Shown in pieces: positions 19,555 to 32,013 of a DNA stretch of 64,000 bases (its first letter is position 1; the number at the start of each line of letters is the position of its first letter). The notes under the pieces were generated by a model. It was not told the DNA's origin. It saw only the letters and a program-made list of their open reading frames with translations, and did no database searches. The DNA is from a virus, in the IMG/VR virus record IMGVR_UViG_3300035698_029289, positions 9,980 through 73,979 of that record. One strand, written 5' to 3'. Position numbers and translations under genes: made by a program.

Positions 19555-19934
19555 TTATTGGCTATGCCTATCTTGTGGGAGATGTCCTTCATTTTGGGCA
19601 CATTCAACATTTGAAAAATTGTAAAGCATTATGTGACAAATTGATTGTAGGCGTGTTGACTGATGGGGCCTGCATGGAAAAGAAACAAAAGCCAATAATT
19701 CTTTTTAAGGAAAGAATGGAATTAGTAACTGAATTAAAGAGCGTTGACTCGGTTGTTACACAAGAAAAATATTCGCCTATAGAAAACCTTCAAGCAATTC
19801 AACCGGACATTTTTTTTGAGAGCACAAGCCATAAGCCTCCAGTAGAGAATCCTTGGGGAAGAACTATCGTTATGCCTTATTTTCCTGAACAATCAAGTAG
19901 TAAAATAAAGGAGAAAATTCGTGGCAAGTCGTAA
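19551..19934 (+). CDS. cytidylyltransferase (TagD-like, HxGH)
   Basis: DVLHFGH, LIVGVLTD, ERMELV, QSSSKIK. Confidence 0.9.
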   Translation: MIIGYAYLVGDVLHFGHIQHLKNCKALCDKLIVGVLTDGACMEKKQKPIILFKERMELVTELKSVDSVVTQEKYSPIENLQAIQPDIFFESTSHKPPVENPWGRTIVMPYFPEQSSSKIKEKIRGKS

Positions 19935-20295
19935 ATCATCAGCTTTGAAAAGTTTGATTTGGCGAATAATAGGCGTGCTCATTCTTGGAGCTGTTACATA
20001 TTTTTTCACTAGGAAGTGGGTTGTTACTGGGTTGATTGCTTTTTGGCACAATTTTTCTTTTATTTGGATATTTTATGCTCATGAAAGATTTTGGCTTTGG
20101 TTTAAAAAGCCCAATCATCCGATTAAAGCAATTACTTATGAAATCATTTTAGGCATGGGAATAGGAGGCTTAATTGTCTATCTTTTTACTGGTCAATGGT
20201 CAAAAGTAACCAGAATTACTGGAACCTACACAGCAATAAAGCTTATAATGTATTATATTAATGAGAAAGTTTGGAGTAAAATAGAAAAGAGGTAA
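19921..20295 (+). CDS. DUF2061-like membrane protein (tandem domain)
   Basis: KSLIWRI...FYAHERFW repeated as KAITYEI...YYINEKVW. Confidence 0.7.
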   Translation: MASRKSSALKSLIWRIIGVLILGAVTYFFTRKWVVTGLIAFWHNFSFIWIFYAHERFWLWFKKPNHPIKAITYEIILGMGIGGLIVYLFTGQWSKVTRITGTYTAIKLIMYYINEKVWSKIEKR

Positions 20296-20298
20296 AAA

Positions 20299-20802
20299 AT
20301 GGCTAGAAAAATGCCGTTCGAAAATAAAGAAAAAGCAGATAAGTTTTTAGAAATCTGGGATGATATTTGTAATGAATTAGGTATTCGACGTTCATTAATT
20401 TATGGGACTGCTTTGGGGTTTTATCGTGAAGGTGGTTATATCAAAGGTGACAGCGATATTGACGTTAGGGTTTTTTGCAAAAGAGATAAATGGGATAAAA
20501 TGGTAGCGAAATTACACGAAAAGGGTGTTACTCAAACTCTTCCACATGGGTTTGGTTTCTATAAAGATGCTGTTCTCATGTGTATTGAAAGATGTGAAAG
20601 AGTTGGCGTAGTAACTTATCAGGACGGTTGGGAGATTACATGCTTGCCTTATTATGAATTTGAGACTATTGAATATAATGGCAGGAAATATAATATTCCA
20701 CATCCGATTGAAAAATATCTTGAGCAAAGATATGGAGCAGACTGGAGGACACCTAAACCAGGAGCAAAGGCTCAACCTGGTGTTGGTATTCGCATAAAAT
20801 AA
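20299..20802 (+). CDS. LicD-family nucleotidyl/phosphotransferase
   Basis: GTALGFYR...DSDID; YLEQRYGADWRTP. Confidence 0.88.
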   Translation: MARKMPFENKEKADKFLEIWDDICNELGIRRSLIYGTALGFYREGGYIKGDSDIDVRVFCKRDKWDKMVAKLHEKGVTQTLPHGFGFYKDAVLMCIERCERVGVVTYQDGWEITCLPYYEFETIEYNGRKYNIPHPIEKYLEQRYGADWRTPKPGAKAQPGVGIRIK

Positions 20803-20811
20803 AGGAGATAT

Positions 20812-21759
20812 ATGAAAAAAGTTTTAGTCAGTGGAAGTGGCGGTTTTATAGGCCACCATCTATGTAGATTTTTAAAGAAAAGGGGATATTGGGTTCGTGG
20901 TGCAGATTTAGTTCACTCTCCATTCCTTAAAGTTGATGAAATTGATGAGTTTTTGATACTAGACTTGCGTATTGGCGAAAATTGCCTCAAAGCAACAGAG
21001 GGAATCGATGAAGTTTATGCTTTAGCTGCTATGAATGGGAGTATTGAGTACACTTCAAAGGTAAAAGCAGAAATTGTTCACGATAATGTCCTCATTAACA
21101 CCAATACGGCTCAGGCATGTGTAGATAATGGAGTAAAACGGCTATTTTTCTCTTCTTCAGCCTGTGTTTACCCAATTAATAAGCAAGATACAGATGAAGT
21201 GATCGCTTTAAGGGAAGAAGACGCCTATCCGGCCATGCCTGACAGCGAATATGGGTGGGAAAAGCTATTTTCTGAGAGAATGTACAAGTCCTTTGAAGAA
21301 GATTGCGGATTAGAGGTAAGAATTGCGAGATTTTTCAACATTTATGGCCCAGAAGGGCATTATGATGAGTTATTGGCCAAGGCCCCAACAGCAATTTCAA
21401 GAAAAGTAGCCTTAACAAAGGATGGAAAAGTAAAGATTTGGGGAGATGGGGAGCAAAAGCGTTCATTTACCTACATTGATGACTGTCTGGAGGCAATATA
21501 CAAGCTAACGCAGTCAAATATCAATACCCCAACGAATATCGGGACCACAGACCTTCTCACGATAAACGAATTGGCCTATTTGATAGGAAAAATCGCTGGT
21601 AAAAAGATTAAACTCGTTCATCAATTAGATAAAGCACAGGGAGTAAGAACAAGACAATCCGATCAATCAAAAATAGAGAGATTACTTGGATGGAAGAGGA
21701 AAGTTAAGCTAAAAGAGGGTCTTAAAAATACTTATGACTGGGTGAAAGGGGAACTATGA
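20812..21759 (+). CDS. NDP-sugar epimerase (GDP-mannose 3,5-epimerase-like SDR)
   Basis: GSGGFIG, SSACVYP, YGWEK, ARFFNIYGP, IWGDGEQKRSF. Confidence 0.92.
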   Translation: MKKVLVSGSGGFIGHHLCRFLKKRGYWVRGADLVHSPFLKVDEIDEFLILDLRIGENCLKATEGIDEVYALAAMNGSIEYTSKVKAEIVHDNVLINTNTAQACVDNGVKRLFFSSSACVYPINKQDTDEVIALREEDAYPAMPDSEYGWEKLFSERMYKSFEEDCGLEVRIARFFNIYGPEGHYDELLAKAPTAISRKVALTKDGKVKIWGDGEQKRSFTYIDDCLEAIYKLTQSNINTPTNIGTTDLLTINELAYLIGKIAGKKIKLVHQLDKAQGVRTRQSDQSKIERLLGWKRKVKLKEGLKNTYDWVKGEL

Positions 21760-22604
21760 ACAATAATGTCCAAGCACTAATCTTTTCGTATAATCGTCCA
21801 ATGCAATTGGATCTTTTGTTGAGCAGTATTAAAAGGAATATTACTGGCTTTGATAAAATTTTCGTTACCTTCAATTATTCCAATGACAAATTTCTTAAAG
21901 GCTATGAGATGTTGATGAAAAAGGGGTTGGCAGATGAATGGCACTGTGATAAAGACTTTGCCTACACTCCTGGCTTTAAGGACTATCTCGTGGGGTTAAT
22001 GGGTACTAAATATCAACACACTTGTATCTTCTCTGATGACGATATTGTTTTTGGAAAGGCTTCCATGGATGATGTTGTTTCCCTCATAACGAATGATGTT
22101 ATTTCTTTCCCCTTGAGATCTGGCCTTAATGCCAATTACAGTTTTTATGGTGGAACCACTATAATCGAAAATCCATGGGGAGAATATGAGGATTTGGGAA
22201 AGTTCATTAAATGGGATTGGACAACATATAATCCAAAGCGTTGCAATGGTTATCCTATAGCATTTGGAGATGGTGGTGTTTACAGGACTCAAGTAATAAG
22301 AAATTTACTGAAAAGGGTTGAGGGACAATCACCTAATGAGATAGAAAGACATTTGAATGAAAAAGAATCGAGGAAGGTCATCACTCAACACAATCTGGCT
22401 GCATACAAACATAGCGTATTAGTAAGCACACCGGTTAATTTGGTGCAAACATTTTCTCCTTTGTTTCATGGTGAAAAATTCAGTTACCCTGTTGGAGAAT
22501 TAAATGACGCATATTTAAAAGGATATATTATTGATTATGATAAAATAGATTTTAGTAATATTAAAGGAACTCATCAAGAGTTAAAATTACCATTAAGGAG
22601 GTAA
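21756..22604 (+). CDS. GT-A-like glycosyltransferase
   Basis: SYNRPMQL, FSDDD, PNEIE. Confidence 0.65.
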   Translation: MNNNVQALIFSYNRPMQLDLLLSSIKRNITGFDKIFVTFNYSNDKFLKGYEMLMKKGLADEWHCDKDFAYTPGFKDYLVGLMGTKYQHTCIFSDDDIVFGKASMDDVVSLITNDVISFPLRSGLNANYSFYGGTTIIENPWGEYEDLGKFIKWDWTTYNPKRCNGYPIAFGDGGVYRTQVIRNLLKRVEGQSPNEIERHLNEKESRKVITQHNLAAYKHSVLVSTPVNLVQTFSPLFHGEKFSYPVGELNDAYLKGYIIDYDKIDFSNIKGTHQELKLPLRR

Positions 22605-22607
22605 AAT

Positions 22608-23198
22608 ATGGCTTGTCCATCAATAAGAGCATTTGATTTTTTACTTAAAAAGAAAAAGGATTTAGTTGGTGTAGAAGTAGGAGTATTAGCAGGAAGTCAT
22701 GCTCTTAAAATGTTACAATTTCTTGATATAAAAACTCTTTATTTAGTTGATCCTTATTTTAAATATAAGTCTAAATATAAGTCTGGAGAATTTGAATGGG
22801 ATAATAGAAAATGGGAAGCAATTGCAAAAGAAAAGCTACAAAAATATAAAGATAAAATAAAATGGATTAAAACTACATCAGTTAAAGCAGTTGTTGAGTT
22901 TAAAGATGAAAGTTTAGATTTTGCTTACATAGATGCCAATCATGAATATAAATTTACATTAGAAGATACTGAATTATGGACACCAAAAGTAAAACAGGGT
23001 GGAATCGTAGGTGGACACGATCATGTACCTAATCATCCTGGAGTAGCAAAAGCTGTAAAAGAATATTGTGATAAAAATAAAATTGAATATAAAACTAAAT
23101 ATTTTATAAATAAAAAAGTTAATATTGATTGGGCATTTAAAAAAGGTGGCAAGTTAGGAGTTTGGGAAATTCCTAAAAGTAATATACCTGAACCATGA
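22608..23198 (+). CDS. SAM methyltransferase (Methyltransf_24-like)
   Basis: VEVGV, DFAYIDANH, GGIVGGHD. Confidence 0.88.
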   Translation: MACPSIRAFDFLLKKKKDLVGVEVGVLAGSHALKMLQFLDIKTLYLVDPYFKYKSKYKSGEFEWDNRKWEAIAKEKLQKYKDKIKWIKTTSVKAVVEFKDESLDFAYIDANHEYKFTLEDTELWTPKVKQGGIVGGHDHVPNHPGVAKAVKEYCDKNKIEYKTKYFINKKVNIDWAFKKGGKLGVWEIPKSNIPEP

Positions 23199-24052
23199 AC
23201 AAACTCTGCATAGCAATTAGAAGCCTTAACCGACCAGAATATTTAAAACAATGTTTGGAGTCTTTGGAAGCTAATACCTATTTAAGCGGTGTAGATTTCC
23301 ATTTCTTTCAAGATGGAGCAGTTAACCAATTTTCTGGCATTAGGCATGCCACTGATGAAGACATTAAAGCTTCATTAAAAGTCTTTCTGGATTCTAAATT
23401 ACCTAATAAAACAATCTTTATTAGTTCGTCTAATGTTGGTCCAATTATCAGGAATAAACTCCAATTAGGACATGTGTTCCCGCGATACGAATATGGAGTG
23501 TTTATTGATAATGACCTCATTTTCAACAAGTATTACATCAAGACATTAAAGGTTTTGTTCGAACAGTTCAAAAATAGCGATGCTGGCTCGATTCAAACAT
23601 CTTTTAGGCATCATGAAAATAGTCTTCAATCTTTTGAAGAGGCTGAAAGGCTTCAGGATAAAGTAGCTTATGGATTTTCTCATAGGTGGGAGATTGGTTT
23701 ATGGAGGGAGAGCTGGGAAAAAATCAAACCCCAAATGGCACCATATTTCGAAATGACTGAGAAATGTGATTTCAAAGAGCTTTTATACAATCATGATATT
23801 TATGAAGATATTCGGGTCAAACTACGGGAGATTTATGGGCAGTCAGGGAATGTCACAACAGAAGATTACGCTTTGGAAAGATCGGTAGAAAAAGCAGGAT
23901 ATAAGGGGTTGCACACTTTAACATTACGGCACAAAACAATTGGAGAAAAAGGAATGTATAGTTTTAGGTCAACTCGATTTAAGGATGGAAATTATGCTGG
24001 AATCGAATTGTACAATGTCGGCAATGTGGAGGAATATGAGGTTCATAAATAA
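23195..24052 (+). CDS. GT-A glycosyltransferase
   Basis: NRPEYLKQCL, FFQDG, FIDND. Confidence 0.75.
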   Translation: MNKLCIAIRSLNRPEYLKQCLESLEANTYLSGVDFHFFQDGAVNQFSGIRHATDEDIKASLKVFLDSKLPNKTIFISSSNVGPIIRNKLQLGHVFPRYEYGVFIDNDLIFNKYYIKTLKVLFEQFKNSDAGSIQTSFRHHENSLQSFEEAERLQDKVAYGFSHRWEIGLWRESWEKIKPQMAPYFEMTEKCDFKELLYNHDIYEDIRVKLREIYGQSGNVTTEDYALERSVEKAGYKGLHTLTLRHKTIGEKGMYSFRSTRFKDGNYAGIELYNVGNVEEYEVHK

Positions 24053-24749
24053 ATTGTACGATAAACACAAGGGGCAAGCAATATGGATTTGTGGAAGCGG
24101 GCCAACTCTTGATGATTACCCTGATAACTTTCTTGATGACAAGATAGGGATTACCCTTCACCTAGCGACGCTCAAATACCCCCAGGCGAGCTATCGTTAC
24201 TTCAATGAGTATGATAGGCTAGAATATCTTATTAAACAGGATCCTACGGTCTTAGAGAGGAAAAACATTTTTGGTTGGCCGTTTTATAGGAGAACGGAAG
24301 AAGAGTCGGCCAGATTAACAGAGAAAGCTACCAAGGCATATTATTTAAAACTGACTCCTTACCCGCCTAATGGCATGGCAAAAGACATTTTTACTGAAGT
24401 TGGAGTAAGCGCCATGAAGAAGCAAGTAAAGGATGCCAAGAGAGCCAGAGTAATTAAATTCGGAGGATATGGTACTTGTGCTCATGGCTGCTTGTATACA
24501 GCGATAATGATGGGTGGCAACCCGATTTTTATGATTGGGTGTGGGTTTAAATCAATAGGCGACAAGGAACACTTTAATGAAGCCAACATTATTGACAAGA
24601 AAATGAGACCCAAAATAGCATTATTTTCCGACCAGAGCAGAACAAAAAGAATGTTTACAGGAACGAAGGCAATAATTGAAGGCTGCAAGGAGCAAGGGAT
24701 TAAAATTCACTGGTGCAAAAATTATGAACAAACTTGTCGTTTCCATTAG
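24036..24749 (+). CDS. DUF115/Maf-like (sialyltransferase-like fold) protein
   Basis: HKGQAIWICGSGPTL, MGGNPIFMIG. Confidence 0.7.
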   Translation: MRFINKLYDKHKGQAIWICGSGPTLDDYPDNFLDDKIGITLHLATLKYPQASYRYFNEYDRLEYLIKQDPTVLERKNIFGWPFYRRTEEESARLTEKATKAYYLKLTPYPPNGMAKDIFTEVGVSAMKKQVKDAKRARVIKFGGYGTCAHGCLYTAIMMGGNPIFMIGCGFKSIGDKEHFNEANIIDKKMRPKIALFSDQSRTKRMFTGTKAIIEGCKEQGIKIHWCKNYEQTCRFH

Positions 24750-24761
24750 GGGCAAAACTTT

Positions 24762-25313
24762 ATGATGTTGGAAATGTCGAAAAATACCAAATCACCAATT
24801 AAGCTGTTTATTGGCTGCGGTCCATTGCCAATACACCAGTACCACTGTCAATTCATCGACGATAGTTGGACTTTGATTGACTTGTATGTGAATGATCCTA
24901 AAATCGTTAAAATGGACGCTAGGTGCTTGGATTATGATGATAATTCCGTGGAGAAAATATATTCCTCCCACCTTTTGGAACACTTTGCCAAAAAAGAAGT
25001 TGTGCCTATTCTTACAGAGTGGTGGCGCGTATTGAAAGATGGTGGTAAACTAAGACTAAATGTTCCGAATCTCGAATGGGCAGCAAAGTGCTTATTGGGA
25101 AAAGTCAAAAGTGATTATTTTATTACTACAGAAATGATTTTGGATATTTTTTATGGGAATCAAGCCCATAAAGGTGAGTTCCATAAAACTGGGTTCACCA
25201 AGGAGTTGCTTGAAAAATATTTAAAGGGAGTAGGTTTTAAAAACATCAAGGTTTGGACTGAATATGAAGCTCATAACATGAATTGTTTATTAGTTACCGC
25301 GAGGAAACCATGA
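24762..25313 (+). CDS. SAM methyltransferase (type 11-like)
   Basis: IGCG, SSHLLEH, RVLKDGG, VPN. Confidence 0.88.
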   Translation: MMLEMSKNTKSPIKLFIGCGPLPIHQYHCQFIDDSWTLIDLYVNDPKIVKMDARCLDYDDNSVEKIYSSHLLEHFAKKEVVPILTEWWRVLKDGGKLRLNVPNLEWAAKCLLGKVKSDYFITTEMILDIFYGNQAHKGEFHKTGFTKELLEKYLKGVGFKNIKVWTEYEAHNMNCLLVTARKP

Positions 25314-26170
25314 AAGTAGGTATTTTTTCAGAAGACGATAGTCACACGCGTGGCTTTTATAGCAAAATTGATGGGCTGATAAAGGCCTCCAAAAAACTCG
25401 GCCTTGATTACTCAAGGTGTGGAAATGGAGAAAAGTATGATGTAGTAATCAACTGGGAACCATTTGGCTCAGTAAGAAAGGGAAGCCGGCTCACAATTGT
25501 TTGGGTATGGGATACCTATAGACATAGCATGAGAGCTCAATTAGGGAATGTTGGTGGTGACAAAACAGAAGCCTTTGATGTTCTGTTCCGGGCCCATGCT
25601 ACTTTTTATCACGGCGAAGACATAAATCCACGTTTAAGACCAACTTATTGGATGCCGCCTGCTGTTGATTCGGAGGTTTTCAAGAGAAATCCTGAAATAA
25701 AACAGAAATATGATATTTCTTGGGTGGGGCAACAGAGATACATGCCCGAATTCGAAATACTAAAAAAACATTTTAAATTTTTTCGATGTTTTGGGTCAAA
25801 GCCTTATCTTGAGTATGTAGAAGCTCTTTGCCAGGGAAAACTTATTCTAAATGCCCCCATTGCTCATGAAACCAACAAGCGAGTAATGGAAGTAATGGCT
25901 ATCGGCCCAGCTTTAATGTCATGGGGGCCGGATTATAGTTTGCTAGCAACTCCAGATAAGCATTTTGTATGTTATAATTCGATTAGAGAAAACATTGAAA
26001 GCATTGATAAATTTGAGAAGAGGCTAGTTGAAAAGGTAAGTACTTATCTTGGCAGTCAAGAGGAACTTGATAGAATAGCGAAAGCGGGCCGGCAACTTGT
26101 CAAAGAACAGTTTACATTTGAGTGCCAAGTAAAAAGAATAGAAATAATTATTAAAAGACACTTAAAGTAA
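25310..26170 (+). CDS. CgeB-like GT-B glycosyltransferase
   Basis: PAVDSEVF, YDISWVG, NKRVME, IAKAGRQLV. Confidence 0.8.
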   Translation: MKVGIFSEDDSHTRGFYSKIDGLIKASKKLGLDYSRCGNGEKYDVVINWEPFGSVRKGSRLTIVWVWDTYRHSMRAQLGNVGGDKTEAFDVLFRAHATFYHGEDINPRLRPTYWMPPAVDSEVFKRNPEIKQKYDISWVGQQRYMPEFEILKKHFKFFRCFGSKPYLEYVEALCQGKLILNAPIAHETNKRVMEVMAIGPALMSWGPDYSLLATPDKHFVCYNSIRENIESIDKFEKRLVEKVSTYLGSQEELDRIAKAGRQLVKEQFTFECQVKRIEIIIKRHLK

Positions 26171-26178
26171 GAAGGGGG

Positions 26179-26376
26179 GTGAAAAAATCTATGGTAGCAA
26201 AGTTTCAGGACTTAGCCAACCTATCTGTCGGATTAGCAACAGCAGTAAATAGCCATTTAATGTCAGTCGAGGAAGCCAGGATTATTTTGAAGCGCCACCT
26301 CGTTGACAAAGGACTAAAAATATTGCCTACTCGCAAAAGTAGTCCCGTCAAGGCAAAAGAGGAAAAGGATAAATAA
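26179..26376 (+). CDS. hypothetical protein
   Basis: 65 aa ORF with SD. Confidence 0.5.
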   Translation: MKKSMVAKFQDLANLSVGLATAVNSHLMSVEEARIILKRHLVDKGLKILPTRKSSPVKAKEEKDK

Positions 26377-26448
26377 TAAAGTACAAATTATTTGCCTATA
26401 AACGAATTGTCGTTTAAATCATGGGCAGAAAGGAGTGTGAAAAAATAA

Positions 26449-26937
26449 ATGCCATTAGTGAGAATTTTGAAAGATTATGGTCCAACTGAAGGTTGGAGCG
26501 TTGGCGACATCGTTGACATTACCAATCCGTGGACTTTGATTGATGAGGGAAAGGTTGTTTTAGTAGATGAAAAGGGTAACCCTATGGAGAGGCCTGGTCT
26601 TTTGCATTGTCCGATTTGTTCATACAATGCTACTACTGCTCTTGATCTAGCTCAACACATTATTGATTTCCACCCTCGCAAGTCGAAGCAACCGCAAGCA
26701 ATTAGGAAGGGTCTTGTCGAAAGAAAAGGGAAAATTGAAGCCAAGCCTGGTCTTCCGCCCAAGGAAGCACTGGCAAAAGTAGAAAAAGAAGGAATAGAAG
26801 AACAGATAAGTGATGAAGAAGCCACTGTACAAAAAGAGAAGGTTCGTCGACAAAGGCTTTTGAATTTGGAAAAGGCTCGAGCAGCAAAAAGAGTCATAAA
26901 AGCCAGGAAAGAAAAAAAGGAAGGAAAGAGTGCTTAA
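26449..26937 (+). CDS. protein with L9-N-like domain + C2H2 finger
   Basis: VRILKDY...GDIVDI...LIDEG; CPIC...HIIDFH. Confidence 0.6.
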   Translation: MPLVRILKDYGPTEGWSVGDIVDITNPWTLIDEGKVVLVDEKGNPMERPGLLHCPICSYNATTALDLAQHIIDFHPRKSKQPQAIRKGLVERKGKIEAKPGLPPKEALAKVEKEGIEEQISDEEATVQKEKVRRQRLLNLEKARAAKRVIKARKEKKEGKSA

Positions 26938-27679
26938 AATCAGCGTAATTAGCCCTAGCGTACGCAAGGCAGGATTAAAGGTTGTTGCTCGATCTTTGGA
27001 ACGGCAATCATTCCCTCAAGAAGATTGGGAATGGATTATAGTATCGCCTTTTGATCCTGAAATTTTTTCTATGGATAAAAATTGGTATTGGATTGAAGAC
27101 CCGCCAAAAAACAAAGGAGATTATTGGAACTTAAATAAAGCCTATAACGCTGCTCTTCGAAAAGCAGAAGGACAATTAATTATCAGTTGGCAAGATTGGC
27201 TTTGGGCAAAAGAAGATGCACTTGAGAAATTTTGGTTTTGGTTCAAGGAAAAAGGAGATAAGTGGGCAGTGACGGGAAGTGGTCATCAATACCAGCGGTT
27301 GGATGAGTTCGGCAAGCCGATAATTCAAATTTGGACCGATCCGAGAAGGTCTAATGCGACAAAGAATGGTGGGGCCTATGAATGTTCCCCCATAGAATGG
27401 GAAATTAACTTTGCTTCAGCACCCAGAAAGGCTTTTTATGACATCGGTGGTTTTGACGAGGGCCTTGATAAAATGGCTGGAATGGATAATGTTTCTATTT
27501 GTGAAAGAATGGATGAGTTGGGATACAGGTTTTGGATTGACCACGGGCTAGAATGCCGAGGGATAAAACATGGAAGGCTTCCCGAATGGGATAAAATGCA
27601 CGCTATGCACGGATTTTATGAACAAAGGAAAAAAGAATTGAAATTACAAGGGAAATGGCCTGTTTTGGGTTATTTGTAA
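26930..27679 (+). CDS. GT2 glycosyltransferase
   Basis: ISVISP, LNKAYN, SWQD, IGGFDE, MDN. Confidence 0.85.
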   Translation: MLKISVISPSVRKAGLKVVARSLERQSFPQEDWEWIIVSPFDPEIFSMDKNWYWIEDPPKNKGDYWNLNKAYNAALRKAEGQLIISWQDWLWAKEDALEKFWFWFKEKGDKWAVTGSGHQYQRLDEFGKPIIQIWTDPRRSNATKNGGAYECSPIEWEINFASAPRKAFYDIGGFDEGLDKMAGMDNVSICERMDELGYRFWIDHGLECRGIKHGRLPEWDKMHAMHGFYEQRKKELKLQGKWPVLGYL

Positions 27680-27680
27680 C

Positions 27681-27778
27681 TTGACAGGATCCCTTTAATT
27701 TAGTTAGAATGATTTAATACCTCCGAAGCAGCAAATTGCTAGGGGGGAACAAGAGACAAATTTTATTTGTCTTTTTTT
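27681..27778 (+). promoter_or_regulatory. leader cassette 2
   Basis: TTGACA-18-TAGAAT; CTCC GA AGCAG caaa TTGCT A GGGG; AGACAAAT..ATTTGTCT then T-tract. Confidence 0.8.
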
Positions 27779-27784
27779 GTTGCC

Positions 27785-28337
27785 ATGAATGATGAGATAG
27801 TTACCACACCATTGCCAGAAGGGAAAGAAAAATTGGGGAAAGATCGGCCCGAGACGGAACAGGAAGTTAGAGTAACAAAACAACTAGAGCAATTTCAAAC
27901 AGAAAAGAAAGAAAAAATTGCTAAGCCAATCTATAAAAAAGAGCCTCCCGTAAAAGCAGAGGTCGAAGAAAAAGTCAAGGAAGCAGTTGAAGAGGAGGTC
28001 AAAGAAAAAGAGCCAGTTGTTTCTCCGGAAGACTATTACTTGACTGATCCTCTTTTTTATAAAGTGGCGAATTATTTCGGGCTAGCACAAAGAGATTGGA
28101 GCATTGCCAAAGACAAATTGTCTGTGATTGTTGACTGGGCTGTTCTTAGAACTCAATCACGGAAAGCCGCTGATGTTTTAACAGCGATTCGTGCATTAGA
28201 GGATGAGATTACCTCGCCTGGTCTGGGAGAAAGAAGATATGCCAATGTTCACAAATTTGTTCGCTTATTGGGTCAAAAAGAATCTTTAGAAAAAGAGTTA
28301 AAAGTTTATAAAAAACATGAAGTAAAGGAGGTGGTAA

Positions 28338-28345
<8 letters not shown>
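27785..28345 (+). CDS. hypothetical protein
   Basis: E/K-rich N-terminus, helical C-terminus. Confidence 0.65.
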
Positions 28346-30660
<2,315 letters not shown>

Positions 30661-30661
30661 G

Positions 30662-30689
30662 TTGACATAACATAAAGTTATGCTATACT
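30662..30689 (+). promoter_or_regulatory. promoter of HNH-AP2 gene, probably leaderless
   Basis: TTGACA...TATACT 6 nt before ATG 30696; no SD. Confidence 0.7.
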
Positions 30690-30695
30690 TAAAGC

Positions 30696-31196
30696 ATGGC
30701 AAAAGTGAGACTGAATAAATATATAGATTGTGGAGATTACTACGAAGTTATCCTCACAAATAAGGATAGAAAAGAAATTGCTAGGGCGAAAGTTGATAAA
30801 GGGGATGTGGAGAAGGTGAAAATATGCCGATGGGGGTTAAATAGCACTACGGGAACTACGCAAGGGTGGGTAAATAAAAGGATGACTGCTATGCACATAG
30901 TTATTTTGGGAAAGAAGGATGGCTATGTAACAGACCATATAAATCATGATGTGTTGGACAATCGGAGAAGTAACATACGGCACGCAACGAAAAGTCAGAA
31001 TGCAATGAATCAGCGGGATGTCGCTGGTGTTTATTTTGTCAAGCGGGTTACAGTAAAGACAAAAAAGTGGGCTGCGCAAATTTACAAAGATGGCAAGCAC
31101 ATTACTCTTGGATACTTTTTAACAAGGGAAGAAGCCACGAAAGCTAGAAGGGAAGCAGAAAAAAAGTATTATGAAGAATTTGCTTATAGGGATTAA
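30696..31196 (+). CDS. HNH-AP2 homing endonuclease
   Basis: DHINHDVLDNRRSNIR...QN; KWAAQI...LGYF..EEA..AR. Confidence 0.92.
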   Translation: MAKVRLNKYIDCGDYYEVILTNKDRKEIARAKVDKGDVEKVKICRWGLNSTTGTTQGWVNKRMTAMHIVILGKKDGYVTDHINHDVLDNRRSNIRHATKSQNAMNQRDVAGVYFVKRVTVKTKKWAAQIYKDGKHITLGYFLTREEATKARREAEKKYYEEFAYRD

Positions 31197-31216
31197 TTTT
31201 ATTACTCATACTTAAA

Positions 31217-31993
31217 ATGGCTCAAAAATATTGGTCAAAACTAGAAGATGATGGCGACATAACTACTCCTGAGGTTGGTCCTGCTGGGACGAAGGATGGC
31301 TCTCCTACATATGTAGCCTGTAAATTTAATAATGGGATTTATGTTGATGTTGATGCGGAGGGCTATCATTTCCCTAACAATCCGACAGTTATTACAGGAG
31401 CTACTAAAGGGACAGTCGAATTTTGGATAAAACCAGACTTTGACCTTGTAAATGGAATCCCTGCTACTGCAAGGCATCATATGTTTGTTGAGTATAACCC
31501 CGCTGGAAGTGCTTGGTTGCTTTTTTATATTCATGGTGGTGAGGGAATTAGAATTTATAGAGCGGATGATTCTAATGTAGCAGTAGACGCAGTAGATTCA
31601 ACAACAGACTGGACAGCGGGAGATTTAGTTCACCTTGCTTTTGTCTGGGATGCAGCTGCAGGCTTTGATAGCACTAAGACCCTAGCTGTTTATGTTAATG
31701 GCGTTCAAACTGCTTCTAGCACAACTGCCCTAGGAACATTTACTGATGATACTTCTGATATTCATGTAGGGTGGTGGCCAACGGTAGCAGACAAGGAAAT
31801 GGACAGTGCTTTGGACAACCTCAAGATTCATGATGTTGCCAAGACTGATTTTTCGGATAAGGATACTGAGGATACTTCACCAGTAGTAGGCCCTCCCGGC
31901 ATCAAAACAATCAACGACCTTGCTATAGCCAGTATTAAAACTGTAAATGATGTGGCGATTGGTTCAGTAAAAACAATTCAGGATGCTTCGTGA
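31217..31993 (+). CDS. LamG/ConA-like virion protein
   Basis: GTVEFWIKP, HLAFVWD, VYVNG, LDNLKI. Confidence 0.85.
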   Translation: MAQKYWSKLEDDGDITTPEVGPAGTKDGSPTYVACKFNNGIYVDVDAEGYHFPNNPTVITGATKGTVEFWIKPDFDLVNGIPATARHHMFVEYNPAGSAWLLFYIHGGEGIRIYRADDSNVAVDAVDSTTDWTAGDLVHLAFVWDAAAGFDSTKTLAVYVNGVQTASSTTALGTFTDDTSDIHVGWWPTVADKEMDSALDNLKIHDVAKTDFSDKDTEDTSPVVGPPGIKTINDLAIASIKTVNDVAIGSVKTIQDAS

Positions 31994-32013
31994 TATAATG
32001 ATTTTTAGAGTTT

